A stretch of 64,000 nt of DNA from an uncultured Spirochaetota bacterium (GTDB taxonomy: Bacteria; Spirochaetota; Spirochaetia; SZUA-6; CAVTHK01). The position numbers were made by a program, and so were the translations under genes. The notes under the pieces are model-generated. The model did not search any database, was not told the origin of the DNA, and saw nothing but the letters and a program-made list of their open reading frames with translations. The stretch is from the NCBI GenBank assembly GCA_963734495.1, contig CAVTHK010000016.1, forward strand, positions 132,428 to 196,427, given 5' to 3'. Positions within the stretch are counted from its first letter, which is position 1. Each line of letters opens with the position of its first letter. Positions 10,077-21,786 of this stretch are shown here, in pieces.

Positions 10077-11117
10077 AGGCGGCGCTGCTCCGCGGGCCCG
10101 GCGACCTGCGCGTCGAGGAGGTTCCGCAGCCGGAGATCGGACCGGACGAGATCCTGCTCCGCGTGCGCGCTTCCCACGTCTGCGGCACCGACATCCGGAT
10201 GTACCGCCACGGCTCCAAGGCGGCGTCGGCCGCGACGCCGCTCGTCCCCGGCCACGAGATCAGCGGCGTGATCGAGCGGGTGGGGGCGAACGTCGGCGGC
10301 TACAGCGCCGGCATGCGGGTGGCCGTGGCCCCGAACATGGGCTGCGGCACGTGCGACATCTGCGCGAGCGGCAACACGCAGATGTGCCGCAGCTCCGAGG
10401 CGCTCGGCGTCACGCTGCACGGCGGCTTCGCCGAGCTCATGCGCATCCCGGCCGCGGCCGTGGCCCAGGGAAACGTCACGCCGATCCCCGACAGCGTCTC
10501 CTTCGCGGCCGCCGCGCTCGCCGAGCCCCTCTCGTGCGTCTACAACAGCTTCGAGCGGTGCGCCCTCAAGCCGGGCGACACGGTGCTCGTCATCGGCGCC
10601 GGCCCGATCGGCCTGATGCACGCCCGCGTGCACCTGATGGCGGGCGCTGCCCGTGTGATCATCACCGACCTGAGCGAGGAGCGCCTCGCCCTCTGCCGCT
10701 CGAAGGAGCCGCGGGTCATGACTCTCGGCTCGGAGGGCCTGGAGGGCCGCATCGCCGGGATCACCGGCGGCCGCGGGGTCGACGTCTGCATCACGGCCTG
10801 CTCCGCGGCCTCGGCGCAGCGGCAGGCCTTCGAGCTCGCGGGGCTCAACGGCCGGATCATCTTCTTCGGCGGCCTTCCCGCCGGCAGCGAGAACGTAAGC
10901 CTCAACACCAACCACATCCACTACAAGCAGCTCACGGTCACGGGCACCACGCGCCAGAGCCTCGCGCAGTACAGGCGCGTGCTCGCGTTGATCGCCGCCG
11001 GCCTGATCCCGGTCGACGACCTGATGACGAACGCCTATCGCGCTGGAGGACGTGGCCGAAGCCTACGAGAACGTCATCGCGGGGACGGGGCTGCGGCACG
11101 GGGTGGTCTGGTCGTAG
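10073..11117 (+). pseudogene. Zn-dependent alcohol/sorbitol dehydrogenase (MDR family), one frame break near the C-terminus
   Basis: TTG start at 10073 overlaps the upstream stop. Motifs present: GHEISGVIERVG, CGTCDICASGNTQMC, GAGPIGL. After ~11050 the sequence PLEDVAEAYENVIAGTGLRHGVVWS-stop reads in the +1 frame and ends at TAG 11115-11117. Confidence 0.75.
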
Positions 11118-11151
11118 TGCGTAGAGAAGGTGCGCGCGGAGGGCGGGCTCC

Positions 11152-12635
11152 ATGGACGGCGTGATCGGCATCGACATCGGAACTCAGGGCACGAAGGCGG
11201 CCCTGATCGCCGCGGATGGGAGGGTCGTCGCCGAGGCGTTCGTCGCGTCCGATCTCAGGCGCCCGGGTCCCGGCGTCGTCGAGGAGGACCCGGAGCGTCA
11301 GGTCGCGAGCGTGTGCGACACGGTTCGTGAGTGCCTGGCAAAGGCGGGATCGGTCCGCGTCGCCGCGATCGCGATCGACGGGCAGATGGCGGGGATCATC
11401 GGCGCGGGCCGCGACGGCCTGGCGGTGACGCCATACGACTCCTGGCTGGACACGCGCTGCGGCGCCCTACATGGAGAAAATGAAGGCTGAAGCCGGCCCC
11501 GACATTCTCGCGAAGACGGGCAATGCGCCCTCCATCAATCACGGGCCGAAGAAACTGTGGTGGAAGCACGAGCACCCGGAGGTCTACCGCAGGATCGCCG
11601 CGTTCGTGCAGCCCGGCGGCTACGCCGCGATGCGGCTCTGCGGCCTCGCCGGGCGACCGCGCGTTCATCGACCACACCTACCTGCACTTCTCGGGCTTCG
11701 CGGACAACCGTGCGCGGGAGTGGGACCAGGGCCTCTGCCGCCGCTTCGGCCTGGACGCGGCGAAGCTCCCGCGGATCGCGGATCCCGCCGAGGTCGTCGG
11801 CACCGTCACGGCGGAGATGGCGCGCGCGAGCGGCCTCGCGCAGGGGACGCCGGTGGCGGCCGGCTGCGGCGACACCGCGGCGTCGTTCCTCGCCTGCGGC
11901 GCGACGGCAGCAGGGGTGTGCATCGACGTCGCCGGCACCGCCAGTGTGTTCGCCGGCACGACGCGCGAGTTCCGGCCGGACCCGACGGGGGTGCTCGGCG
12001 TGGGGAGGTCGGCAGTCCCCGGCCTCTGGCACCCGTATGCGTACATCAACGGCGGCGGCATGAACCTGGAGTGGTTCCGCACCCAAGTGGCGCGCGGCGC
12101 CGGGTTCGCCGAGCTCGAGGATCTCGCGCGCGGCGTCGAGCTCTCCGAGGTGCCGCTCTTCGTGCCGCACATGGAAGGGCGCGTCTGCCCCGGAAGCCCG
12201 CGCATGCGCGGCGCCTTCGCGGACCTGAGCTGGAAGTGCTCGCTCGGCCACCTGTATCGGGCGATCCTCGACAGCGTCGCCCTGGAGTACGGCCTCTACG
12301 CCGGCATCCTCGAGCAGCTCTACCCGCGGGAGCGCGCGAGCGAAGTGCGCGTGACCGGCGGCGGCGAGAAGAGCGCGCTGTGGAACGAGATCAAGGCCAC
12401 GGTCGTCGGGGCGCCGGTCGTGCAGATCTCCGGGTCCGTCGGGGCGCCGATGGGGGCCGCGATGGTGGCGGCGCGCGCGGCGGGGCTCGCCGCGAGCCTC
12501 GAAGCCGTGGCCGCGGCGTGGGTCGGGACGGGCGCGCGCTTCGTCCCGCAGGCCGCGGCCCGCGGCCATTACCGCGACCGGCTCGCGCGGTACAGCCGGC
12601 TCGTGGCCGCGGTCGATGCCTTCGCGAAGGAGTGA
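11152..12635 (+). pseudogene. FGGY-family carbohydrate kinase (xylulokinase-like), two frame breaks as assembled
   Basis: N-terminal GIDIGTQGTKAAL is present. The frames run 1 to 2 to 3 through ORFs 11152.., 11471.. and 11523..12635. An inserted G was resolved near 11464 and another near 11652. Confidence 0.75.
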
Positions 12636-12639
12636 CGCC

Positions 12640-13590
12640 ATGGGCAGCTCGGGTGCGAACGGGGCGCCAAACTTCTATTTTGTCGGGGTCAGCACTTCCC
12701 AATCCTCCATAATGAAGGTCTTCCCCCGGTGGGCCGCGCACCTGCGGCTGGACGCGGCCATCGCGGGGATCGACTGCAAGGTGCACGACGATCCCGCCGT
12801 CTACCGCGGCGTCGTGGCGCGCATCAAGGAGGACCCTCGCGCTCTCGGCGCACTCGTGACGACCCACAAGATCGATCTCCTCGCCGCCGCGCGCGACCTC
12901 TTCGACGATCTGGACCATCACGCGCAGCTTCTGGGCGAAATCAGCTGCATCTCCAAGCGGGACGGCCGGCTGTGGGGCCACGCGAAGGACCCCGAGACGA
13001 GCGGGCTCTCGCTCGAGGCATTCGTCGAGCCGGGGTACTGGAGCCGCAGTCGCGGCGAGGTGTGCATCCTCGGGGCCGGCGGGTCGTCGCTGGCGCTCAC
13101 GACCTACCTCATGAGCCGGCGCTCGCAGGCGGATCGGCCGCGGCGCATCGTGGTGACGAACCGCAGCGAGCCGAGGCTCGCCGCCATGCGCGCGGTCCAC
13201 GACAGGGTCAACCCCGGCATCCCGGTCGAGTACATCCACGCGCCGCGGCCCGAGATCAACGACGAGGCCGTCGGCCGCCTCGCGGCCGGGAGCCTCGTGG
13301 TGAACGCCACGGGGCTGGGCAAGGACTCACCCGGGTCTCCGCTCACGGACCGGGCGCGCTTTCCCGAAAACGGCCTGGTGTGGGAGTTCAATTACCGCGG
13401 AAAGCTGGTCTTCCTCGAGCAGGCGGCGGCGCAGAAGGCGGAGCGGCGCCTCACGATCGAGGACGGCTGGACCTACTTCGTGCACGGGTGGACGCGCGTG
13501 ATCTCGGAGGTCTTTCACATCGACATCCCCACGAGCGGCCTGGGGTTCGAGGCGCTGAGCAGAATCGCCGCCGAGTCCCGCTCGCGATAG
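12640..13590 (+). CDS. Shikimate/quinate dehydrogenase family protein (AroE-like)
   Basis: ATG 12640 follows AAGGAG. Carries N-terminal GVSTSQSSIMKVFPRW and the GAGGSSLA dinucleotide-binding motif. The frame is intact. Confidence 0.6.
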   Translation: MGSSGANGAPNFYFVGVSTSQSSIMKVFPRWAAHLRLDAAIAGIDCKVHDDPAVYRGVVARIKEDPRALGALVTTHKIDLLAAARDLFDDLDHHAQLLGEISCISKRDGRLWGHAKDPETSGLSLEAFVEPGYWSRSRGEVCILGAGGSSLALTTYLMSRRSQADRPRRIVVTNRSEPRLAAMRAVHDRVNPGIPVEYIHAPRPEINDEAVGRLAAGSLVVNATGLGKDSPGSPLTDRARFPENGLVWEFNYRGKLVFLEQAAAQKAERRLTIEDGWTYFVHGWTRVISEVFHIDIPTSGLGFEALSRIAAESRSR

Positions 13591-13601
13591 AGGAGAGCAG
13601 C

Positions 13602-14189
13602 ATGCCGGGCAGCAACAATCCACTCCTGTCGATGGGGGTCCGCTTCGATCTCGCGAGCGGCCTGTCGCCGGACAAGCCTTCGATCCGCAGGAAGCTTTCG
13701 GCGATGAAGGGCATGTTCGCCGACGGCCGCGCGTTCGACGCCGCCGTCGCCGGCGGCGATCCCCTGGTCTACGAGTTCTACGACATGGGGCGGCCGGAGG
13801 AGGCGGGCGAGGTGGCTTTCGGGACCAGCATCACGTACCCCGGCAAGGTCGGCGGCGAGTACTTCATGACCAAGGGGCACTTCCACACCGTGCTGGCGAC
13901 GGCCGAGGTCTACTACTGCCTGCGGGGCCACGGCTACATGCTGATGGAGAGCCCCGAGGGCGCCTGGGAGGCGCAGGAGTTCAGGCCCGGCGTCGCGGTC
14001 TACATCCCGCCCCGCTACGCGCACCGCAGCGTCAACGTGTCGCCGGCGGAGCCTCTCGTTACGTTCTTCGCCTTCCGCGGCGACGCCGGCCACGACTACG
14101 GCACGATCGAGACCCGGGGCTTCCGCAAGCTGATCGTCGAGCGGAACGGCAGGGCCGAGATCGTCGACAATCCGAAGTGGAAATCGTGA
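13602..14189 (+). CDS. Cupin-type glucose-6-phosphate isomerase-like protein
   Basis: 195 aa. TKGHFHTVLATAEVYY and IPPRYAHRSVN match the cupin PGI metal-site motifs. RBS is GAGGAGAG. Confidence 0.65.
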   Translation: MPGSNNPLLSMGVRFDLASGLSPDKPSIRRKLSAMKGMFADGRAFDAAVAGGDPLVYEFYDMGRPEEAGEVAFGTSITYPGKVGGEYFMTKGHFHTVLATAEVYYCLRGHGYMLMESPEGAWEAQEFRPGVAVYIPPRYAHRSVNVSPAEPLVTFFAFRGDAGHDYGTIETRGFRKLIVERNGRAEIVDNPKWKS

Positions 14190-14214
14190 GCGCCGGCGCC
14201 GCGGGCCGGAGGGG

Positions 14215-15012
14215 GTGGGAAGCATGGCCGAGGTCGTCTTCGCGGAACAGCGGAAGCTCAAGATCGTCGACTACATCGAGCAGCACAGGCAGGCTTCCGT
14301 AGCCGAGCTCGTTAACTGTTTCCAGGTGTCCAGCGCGACCATCCGCAACGACCTGCGCGAGCTCTCCGAGGCGCGCCTGGTGACGCGCACGCACGGCGGC
14401 GCGATGGTGCGGTCGCAGACGGCCTTCGAGCTGCAGTCGACCCAGCTCGGGGAGCGGAACGTCGAGGCCAAGAGGGAGATCGGCCGCCTCGCGGCCGCGA
14501 TGGTCGAGGAGGGGGACACGGTCCTCATCGACTCAGGCACCACCACGCTGGAGCTGGCGAGAGCTCTTGCGGACCGGCGCAACCTCGTCGTCGTGACGAA
14601 CAGCCTCAGGATCGCCCTCGAGCTCGAGAAGATGGAGTCGATTCAGCTCATCGTCATCGGCGGCATCGTGCGCAAGGGGTTCCAGTGCACGGTGGGCCTG
14701 GCGGGGCGCAACGTGCTGCAGGGGATCACCGTCGACAAAGCGTTCATGGGCACCAACGGGCTCACGCACGAAAAGGGCGCGTCCACGCCCGACATCAGCC
14801 ACGCCGAGATCAAGAAGGCGATGATCGCCGCAGCCAAGCAGGTGATCCTGCTTTGCGACGGCAGCAAGCTCGGCCGCGACTCCTTCGCGCAGTTCGCCTG
14901 CCTCGACGACATTGACGTGGTCGTGAGCGAGGCGATGGACCCCGAGTTCCGCAGGCGCCTGGAGGAGAGCGACGTGGTCGTGGTCACGCCGCCGGCTGCG
15001 GCCGCGGGATAG
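14215..15012 (+). CDS. DeoR family transcriptional regulator
   Basis: N-terminal HTH (RKLKIVDYIEQHRQASVAELVNCFQVSSATIRNDLRELSE) plus a DeoR C-terminal sugar-binding-like domain. ATG 14224 is an alternative start. Confidence 0.85.
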   Translation: MGSMAEVVFAEQRKLKIVDYIEQHRQASVAELVNCFQVSSATIRNDLRELSEARLVTRTHGGAMVRSQTAFELQSTQLGERNVEAKREIGRLAAAMVEEGDTVLIDSGTTTLELARALADRRNLVVVTNSLRIALELEKMESIQLIVIGGIVRKGFQCTVGLAGRNVLQGITVDKAFMGTNGLTHEKGASTPDISHAEIKKAMIAAAKQVILLCDGSKLGRDSFAQFACLDDIDVVVSEAMDPEFRRRLEESDVVVVTPPAAAAG

Positions 15013-15111
15013 CCTCCGCCGCCGTGGGCACCCGCGGGGGTCCGGGGGGAGGAGCGCGGCGAGCGAGCGACGATCCTCTTCGCGGCAGGGCAACCGTCAG
15101 CCAGCCGGACG

Positions 15112-16116
15112 TTACTTCAAGGCAGACCACTTCTGGAGCATGGATTCGATGTCTCTCTCGACTTTCTCCTCGACACGCGGAAGCTCAGGATGAGCTTGCC
15201 ACCAGGCAACGGACCGTCTCATTCCCTCGTGAAAGGGAATCCTGCACTGAAAGCCCGGCACGAAGCGTTTGATCTTCGTATTGTCGAAGGCCAGACTGTA
15301 TGCACGATCACCCATCAGCCCTACGCCGGCTATCGGGGAAGTAGCGATAGATGACGTCCGATGGAATGTGAACGATCTTCGGAGTAACACCAAGCGCGGC
15401 GGCCATATGATAGTGGACCTGGTTCCAGGTAACTACCTCATCGGTGGTTATGTGAAAGGTTTCGCCAATCGCGTCAGGATTTCCGAGAAGGCCGACGAAG
15501 TCCCGGCGCGAAATCGTCGGAGTGGGTCAAGGTCCATAGCGAGGTCCCGTCGCCGTGAACGATGATTTCCTTGCCGTCGAGCATTCGCTGCGGCACGGTG
15601 AATCCCTTTGCCGAAGGTCGAGGGGAACCACCCGTCGCTGTAGGTATGCGAGGGCCGGACTATGGTCATCGGAAAACCATCGCGCGTGTAAGCTTCTCGC
15701 AGTCGTTGTTCGCACTCGGTCTTGCGTTGAGACATTGGCCAGTACGGATTGTAGAGCCAGCTCGAGACTCAGTGATCATGTAGTGCCGCGGCGGCTTGTG
15801 GTAAACGGAAGCCGAGCTGATAAAGACGTACTGGCTCGTGGCATCCCTGGAACATCTGAATGTCCGCTTCGATATCATCCTTGTTCCAGACAAGCCAATC
15901 GACGACGACATCGAAGCGCTGCCCACGTAACGCGTCCTTCACCGAGCTCCGGTCCTTGATATCTGCCCGGTGGACTGTGACGCGATCACCGAATGGCGAT
16001 GGCGTCATGCCGCGGTTCAGATGGTGCACCTCAAATCCCCGCGCGAGAGCCTCTTTCGTGCATGACGTAGAGATGTTTCCAGTCCCGCCGATGAACAGCA
16101 CCTTCACGGTCTTCAC
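15112..16116 (-). pseudogene. NAD-dependent epimerase/dehydratase, five or more frame breaks, in a low-GC patch
   Basis: N-terminal [14 protein letters not shown] Rossmann motif in ORF 15769..16116. Collinear pieces lie in ORFs 15666..15926, 15448..15735 and 15112..15393. GC is 48-58% in the six lines I counted. Confidence 0.7.
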
Positions 16117-16322
16117 CTCAATATCCGCTGTTTCTTCGTGTGCAGACTAGCACAGCCCCGCCGCTTTTCAGACAGTATGCCAGCAGTTGGCGGCGCGGAC
16201 AAGACCCGCCGGTTCGCGAGGGCCGGAGGCGAGTCGCGCGCGAAGGGCTGGCCGCCAAGGTGCGCTCTTCAGATCGCGCGGGCCCGCTGCATCCCGACCG
16301 CAGACCACGTGGCGCCGCCCGA

Positions 16323-16358
16323 CGTTTCCTTCGGAGATTTCCGTTTCCTTCGGGAGAT
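16323..16358 (+). repeat. Tandem direct repeat CGTTTCCTTCGG(G)AGAT x2 upstream of the GH1 gene
   Basis: Copies at 16323-16338 and 16342-16358 differ by one extra G. The repeat lies 24 nt upstream of ATG 16382. It may be a regulator site. Confidence 0.3.
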
Positions 16359-16360
16359 GA

Positions 16361-17730
<1,370 letters not shown>

Positions 17731-17820
17731 TCGGCCGTCCGAAGATAGTCGTTGACAGCGGGAGCGCGGGCAAGGATGCCGAATGCGCTCGCCTGCAGCA
17801 GTGTGGGAACGGAGGTTATC

Positions 17821-19130
17821 ATGAAGGGACGCACGGCATTGGTCGCGTCGTTGTTGTTTCTGTTGATCGCCGGCTTGACATTCGCCAGCGGAGGCAAGGA
17901 GGCGACAGGTTCGAGCACGAGCCCCAGCGGGACCGTCATCTGGTGGTCTCCGAACTGGGACAGCCCGGCTGTCCGCGGCGGCCCTGGCGACGCGGATCTG
18001 GTCAAGAAGTTCCAGGAGAAAAACCCCAACATAAAGGTCGAAATTCAGCAGACCGTGGGGCAGGGCCTCGAGAACAAGATCCTTGTGGCCATCCAGTCCG
18101 GCTCGGGATTCGACGTGGCGGACGTCTCCGTAGTCGTGGAACATCTCCTTTGCCAAGACGGGCGGCCTGCTCGCGCTCGACTCGTACATCAAGGAATCCA
18201 AGCTGGACGTGTCCGATTTCTATGCCGGCCAACTGGACCACGTCGCAGTACGACGGCAAGACGTAGGGGATGCCGTATCGGGCCAGCTCCGACGGGCTTC
18301 ATCTACAACAGGAAGCTTTTCCGCGAGGCGGGGCTCGATCCCGACAAGCCGCCGGTGACCTGGGACGACGTCCTGACCTACGCGCCAGAAGCTCACGAAG
18401 AAGGCGGGCGACAAGAAGCAGTTCGGGTGGGGCCTGGTGGGCGGCGGCGAGACCAACAACTTCATGGCCTACTTCTCCACGATGATCTGGGGCCACGGCG
18501 GCGAGTACATCTCCAGCGACTTCAAGACGGTCACCATCAACCAGCCGCCGGCCGTTGCCGGCGCGACTTTCTGGGGCGACCTCTTCACGAAGTACACGAT
18601 CGCCCAGGACTCCGCTCTCCAGGACGACGGGAATACGATCATGCCGCTCTTCGCGCAGGACGTGGTCGCGATGTACCTCACGGGGATCTACAACATCGCG
18701 CCTGTGCGCAAGGCGAGCCCCAACCTGGAGCTGGGCTTTGGCGTCTGGCCGAAGGTCAAGGGCCGGGACCCCGCCACGAACCTCGGCGGGTGGTCGCTGA
18801 TCGTTCCCAAGGCCACAAAGAATGCCGCACGCCACGTGGAAGTTCGTGAGCTTCATCGCCGAGCCGGAGAACATGGCGGTCCTCACGGACATGTTCCCCG
18901 CCCGGAAGTCCGCGATGAAGGCGGCGCGGTTCCAGAATCCTGACTATCAAGACCTTCATCGAGAACATGCAAGTACTCGCACCCGTTCCCGATCCAGGTC
19001 ACCAACTGGCCGCAAGATGACGGGCATCGATCCAGAAGAACGCGCAGACGATGTCTGCTGGGACAGAAGACGCCCCAGGAGGCGATGAACATCATCGCCG
19101 CCGAGATGAACGAAGCTGATGCAGCAGTAG
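17821..19130 (+). pseudogene. Sugar ABC transporter substrate-binding protein, about eight frame breaks plus an in-frame TAG
   Basis: ATG 17821 follows GGAGG, with signal peptide MKGRTALVASLLFLLIAGLTFASGG. Collinear SBP-like segments step +1 eight times. TAG at 18264-18266 interrupts ...SQYDGKT*GMPYRASSDGL. Confidence 0.7.
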
Positions 19131-19196
19131 TCGACCGTGCAGCGGCGGGGCCGCGTATCCCGCGGCCCGCCGCCTGCCTCGTAGCGAGGCAGACCA

Positions 19197-20080
19197 TTGC
19201 GGAAAGGCCTCTGCAAGCGGACGGGCAGCAGATCCCGGGCATGGCTCTTCACGATGCCCGTCCCGGTCTTCCTGCTGCTGTTCATCCTCTTTCCGCTGAT
19301 CTCCAACATCCGGCTCAGCCTGACCGACCAGGAGGGAAACTACGTCGGATTCAAGCAATACGCCGAGGTGCTGACCGATCGCCAGCATCTGGGCGTCGGC
19401 TCTGGTGACGACCATCTACGTCGGTGTGTCCGTCGTCTTCCAGATCGTTCTCGGGACGTTGACGGCGATCCTGGTCGAACCAGAAGCTCAAGGGCAAGGC
19501 GTTCTTCCGCAGCGCCATCCTGATCCCGTGGGTGGTCCCCGCCTCCGTCGCGGCGACCACCTGGGCGTGGATGTACCATCCCGCGCTTCGGCGTCGTCGC
19601 GCTGGTGATGAACAAGCTCGGGCATCCTCGTCAAGATGGGGCTGCTCTCGACGCCGCAGACGGTCATCCTCGCCCTCGCGTTCGTCAACGTCTGGAAGAT
19701 GTTCCCCTTTGTGGCCGTCATGGTTCTCGCCGGGCTGCAGGCGATCGACCAGGAGCTCTACGAGGCGGCGACGATGGACGGCACGAACGTGGTGCAGAAG
19801 ACGCGCTACATCACGCTGCCGTTCCTGCGCAACGTCCTCTTCTCGCTGCTCATCCTGCTGACGATCTGGGGCTTCAACGGCATCACGATCATCTACACGA
19901 TGACCCGCGGAGGGCCTGCGGACCTGTCGCTCGTGCTGCCGATCCACATCTACCGCCAGGCGTTCCAGTACTTCCATCTGAACGTCGCGGCCGCGGAATC
20001 GGTGTTCCTCTTCGCCGTGCTCGCGGTGCTCATCGCCATCTACCTCAAGTCGTTCGGCCCGCGACGGAGACACGGAATGA
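19197..20080 (+). pseudogene. ABC transporter permease (MalF-like), about four frame breaks
   Basis: Segments lie in ORFs 19197.., 19405.., 19532.., 19605.. and 19636.., each in the next +1 frame. An EAA loop (LYEAATMDGTNVVQKTRYITLPFLR) is present. The 3' end is uncertain. Confidence 0.65.
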
Positions 20081-20913
20081 AGAAGATCCTCGCTCGGATC
20101 CGCGCTGATGCGTCTTTCTCGCTGCTGGTGATCGCCTACAGCCTGTTCCCGTTCTTCTGGATGGTCATGACGTCGGTCAAGACCGAGCGCGAGCTGCAGA
20201 CTGTGCCCGCCGACCTTCTTTCCCTCCGAGTACACGTCTCGAGCAACTACCGCAACGTCTTCGTCAATAGCAACATCCCCCGGTACTTCGTGAACTCCCT
20301 CGTAATCGCCGACAGGCGCCACGTCGCTCGCGCTCGTCATCGCCATGCGTCAGCGGCTACGGGTTCGCGCGCTTCCGATTCCGCGGCCGGAGCTTCCTCC
20401 TCAACGGAGTGCTCTCGAGCCAGATGATCCCGACGGCCGCGATGATGGTTCCGCTGTTTCTGACGCTGCGCACCGTCGGCCTCGTCAACACCTACCTCGG
20501 GCTGATCCTGGTCTACCTGGTCTTCACCATCCCGTTGAGCGTCTGGATGATGACCAACTACTTCTATTCGATCTCGGGCTCGATCGAAGAGGCCGCGACG
20601 ATCGACGGATGCTACGAGGCTCCAGAGCCTTCTCTACATCGTCCTGCCGGTGTCCATCCCGGGGATCGTGGCGACGGGGATCTACAACTTCATTACGAGC
20701 TGGAACGAGTTCATCTTTGCGCTCGTGTTCGCCACCGACAAGAGCGTCATGACGCTGCCCATCGGCCTGGCGGAGTTCGTCTTCGAGTTCACGGTCGACT
20801 GGGGCGGCCTGATGGCCGCGTCGGTGCTCATGACCTTTCCCATCGTGACGATCTTCTTCGTCCTGCAGAGGTACTTCATCAGCGGCCTGACCGCCGGCGC
20901 TACCAAGGGATAG
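20077..20913 (+). pseudogene. ABC transporter permease (MalG-like), three frame breaks
   Basis: ATG 20077 (MKKILARIRADASFSLLVIAYSLFPFFWMV). Continues in ORFs 20345.., 20409.. and 20650..20913. An inserted A was resolved in TGCT[A]CGAGG near 20600. Confidence 0.7.
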
Positions 20914-20947
20914 CGCGGACGGGGGAGCAGGGCGGCCCGCCGGCGCG

Positions 20948-21739
20948 CTACGGCCAGATCTTCGCCTTCGGGTCCATCACCCAGGCGTGCTCTCTCGTGA
21001 ACTCCGGTGTCCCGTAGCGCTGCCCGTCGAGGTGGCGGATCACCCACAGGTAGTACAGGGCGTAGCCGGGCGCTGCCACCTGCGGATGGTCGAGCCCGGG
21101 GGGGATGAGGAGCGTGTCGAGGTTGCGGACCTGGCACGCTTCGGTCCCGAGAGCTGCCAGGCCGAAGCCGTGGTCGGGAAGCGTGCGGTAGTGGTAGACC
21201 TCGGGCTGCGGGTGATGGTGAGGGGGGTAGCTCGACCATTTGCCGGGAAAGCTCACCGCTTCGCCGACCACCAGGTTGGCCAACGGGGCGTTCGTGTCGT
21301 CGACGACCGTGCGCACGATGCGCGTGGAAGTCTCGCGCATCGTCCCCTTGCCGCGCTCCTCCGAGCGGCACTCGGCCGGCGTGTAGAGCTTCGGCTCGAA
21401 GGCCCGATCGTTGTCCGCCGCCGCGACGGCAATCTCGGCGCCGCCTTCCCGGCCGCTGACGGTCACGGCCACTGCCGCCGGCACGTGCAGGCACCAGGGC
21501 GATTCGTCGAACACGGAGGACCGCGCGATGCTCGCGCTCCTGCCGTCCCACTCGAGAGCCGCAGAGCCCCCGAGCAGAGTGAAGGCCCGCTCGCGGCCGG
21601 GGCCGAGCTCGCGCTTCTCGCCCGCCGCGAGCTTGAGGATGCCGAAGTCCATCCCGATTTCCTTGTGCTTGCGGCCGATCGCGCAGATCGCCGTGTACCC
21701 GCGCGGGAAGCCCTCCTGCTGCCGGATCAAGCCCTTCAC
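20948..21739 (-). CDS. iolB: 5-deoxy-glucuronate isomerase (IolB-like cupin)
   Basis: GTG 21739 start within ORF 20948..22021. FPGKWSSYPPHHHPQPEVYHYR and the overall sequence are typical of IolB. The frame is intact. Confidence 0.7.
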   Translation of the reverse strand: MKGLIRQQEGFPRGYTAICAIGRKHKEIGMDFGILKLAAGEKRELGPGRERAFTLLGGSAALEWDGRSASIARSSVFDESPWCLHVPAAVAVTVSGREGGAEIAVAAADNDRAFEPKLYTPAECRSEERGKGTMRETSTRIVRTVVDDTNAPLANLVVGEAVSFPGKWSSYPPHHHPQPEVYHYRTLPDHGFGLAALGTEACQVRNLDTLLIPPGLDHPQVAAPGYALYYLWVIRHLDGQRYGTPEFTREHAWVMDPKAKIWP

Positions 21740-21786
21740 GTGGCCCTCCTCATGAGAGACTGCTTGTGAGCTTAGCCTGCCCGCGG

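Noticed and set aside
9146-11164. 672-aa ORF suggesting an oxidoreductase-ADH fusion
   Set aside because: Its first ~300 codons are an out-of-frame shadow of the Gfo/Idh/MocA gene. The ADH begins at TTG 10073, overlapping the upstream stop.
15100-16140. Low-GC island as a mobile element
   Set aside because: I found no integrase, transposase, terminal inverted repeats or flanking direct repeats. The only content is one epimerase reading frame.
18264-18266. In-frame TAG as stop-codon reassignment or pyrrolysine
   Set aside because: TAG is used as an ordinary terminator by several intact genes here, for example IolB at 20948 and the ADH at 11115. I saw no Pyl machinery. This is a single occurrence inside an already shattered gene.
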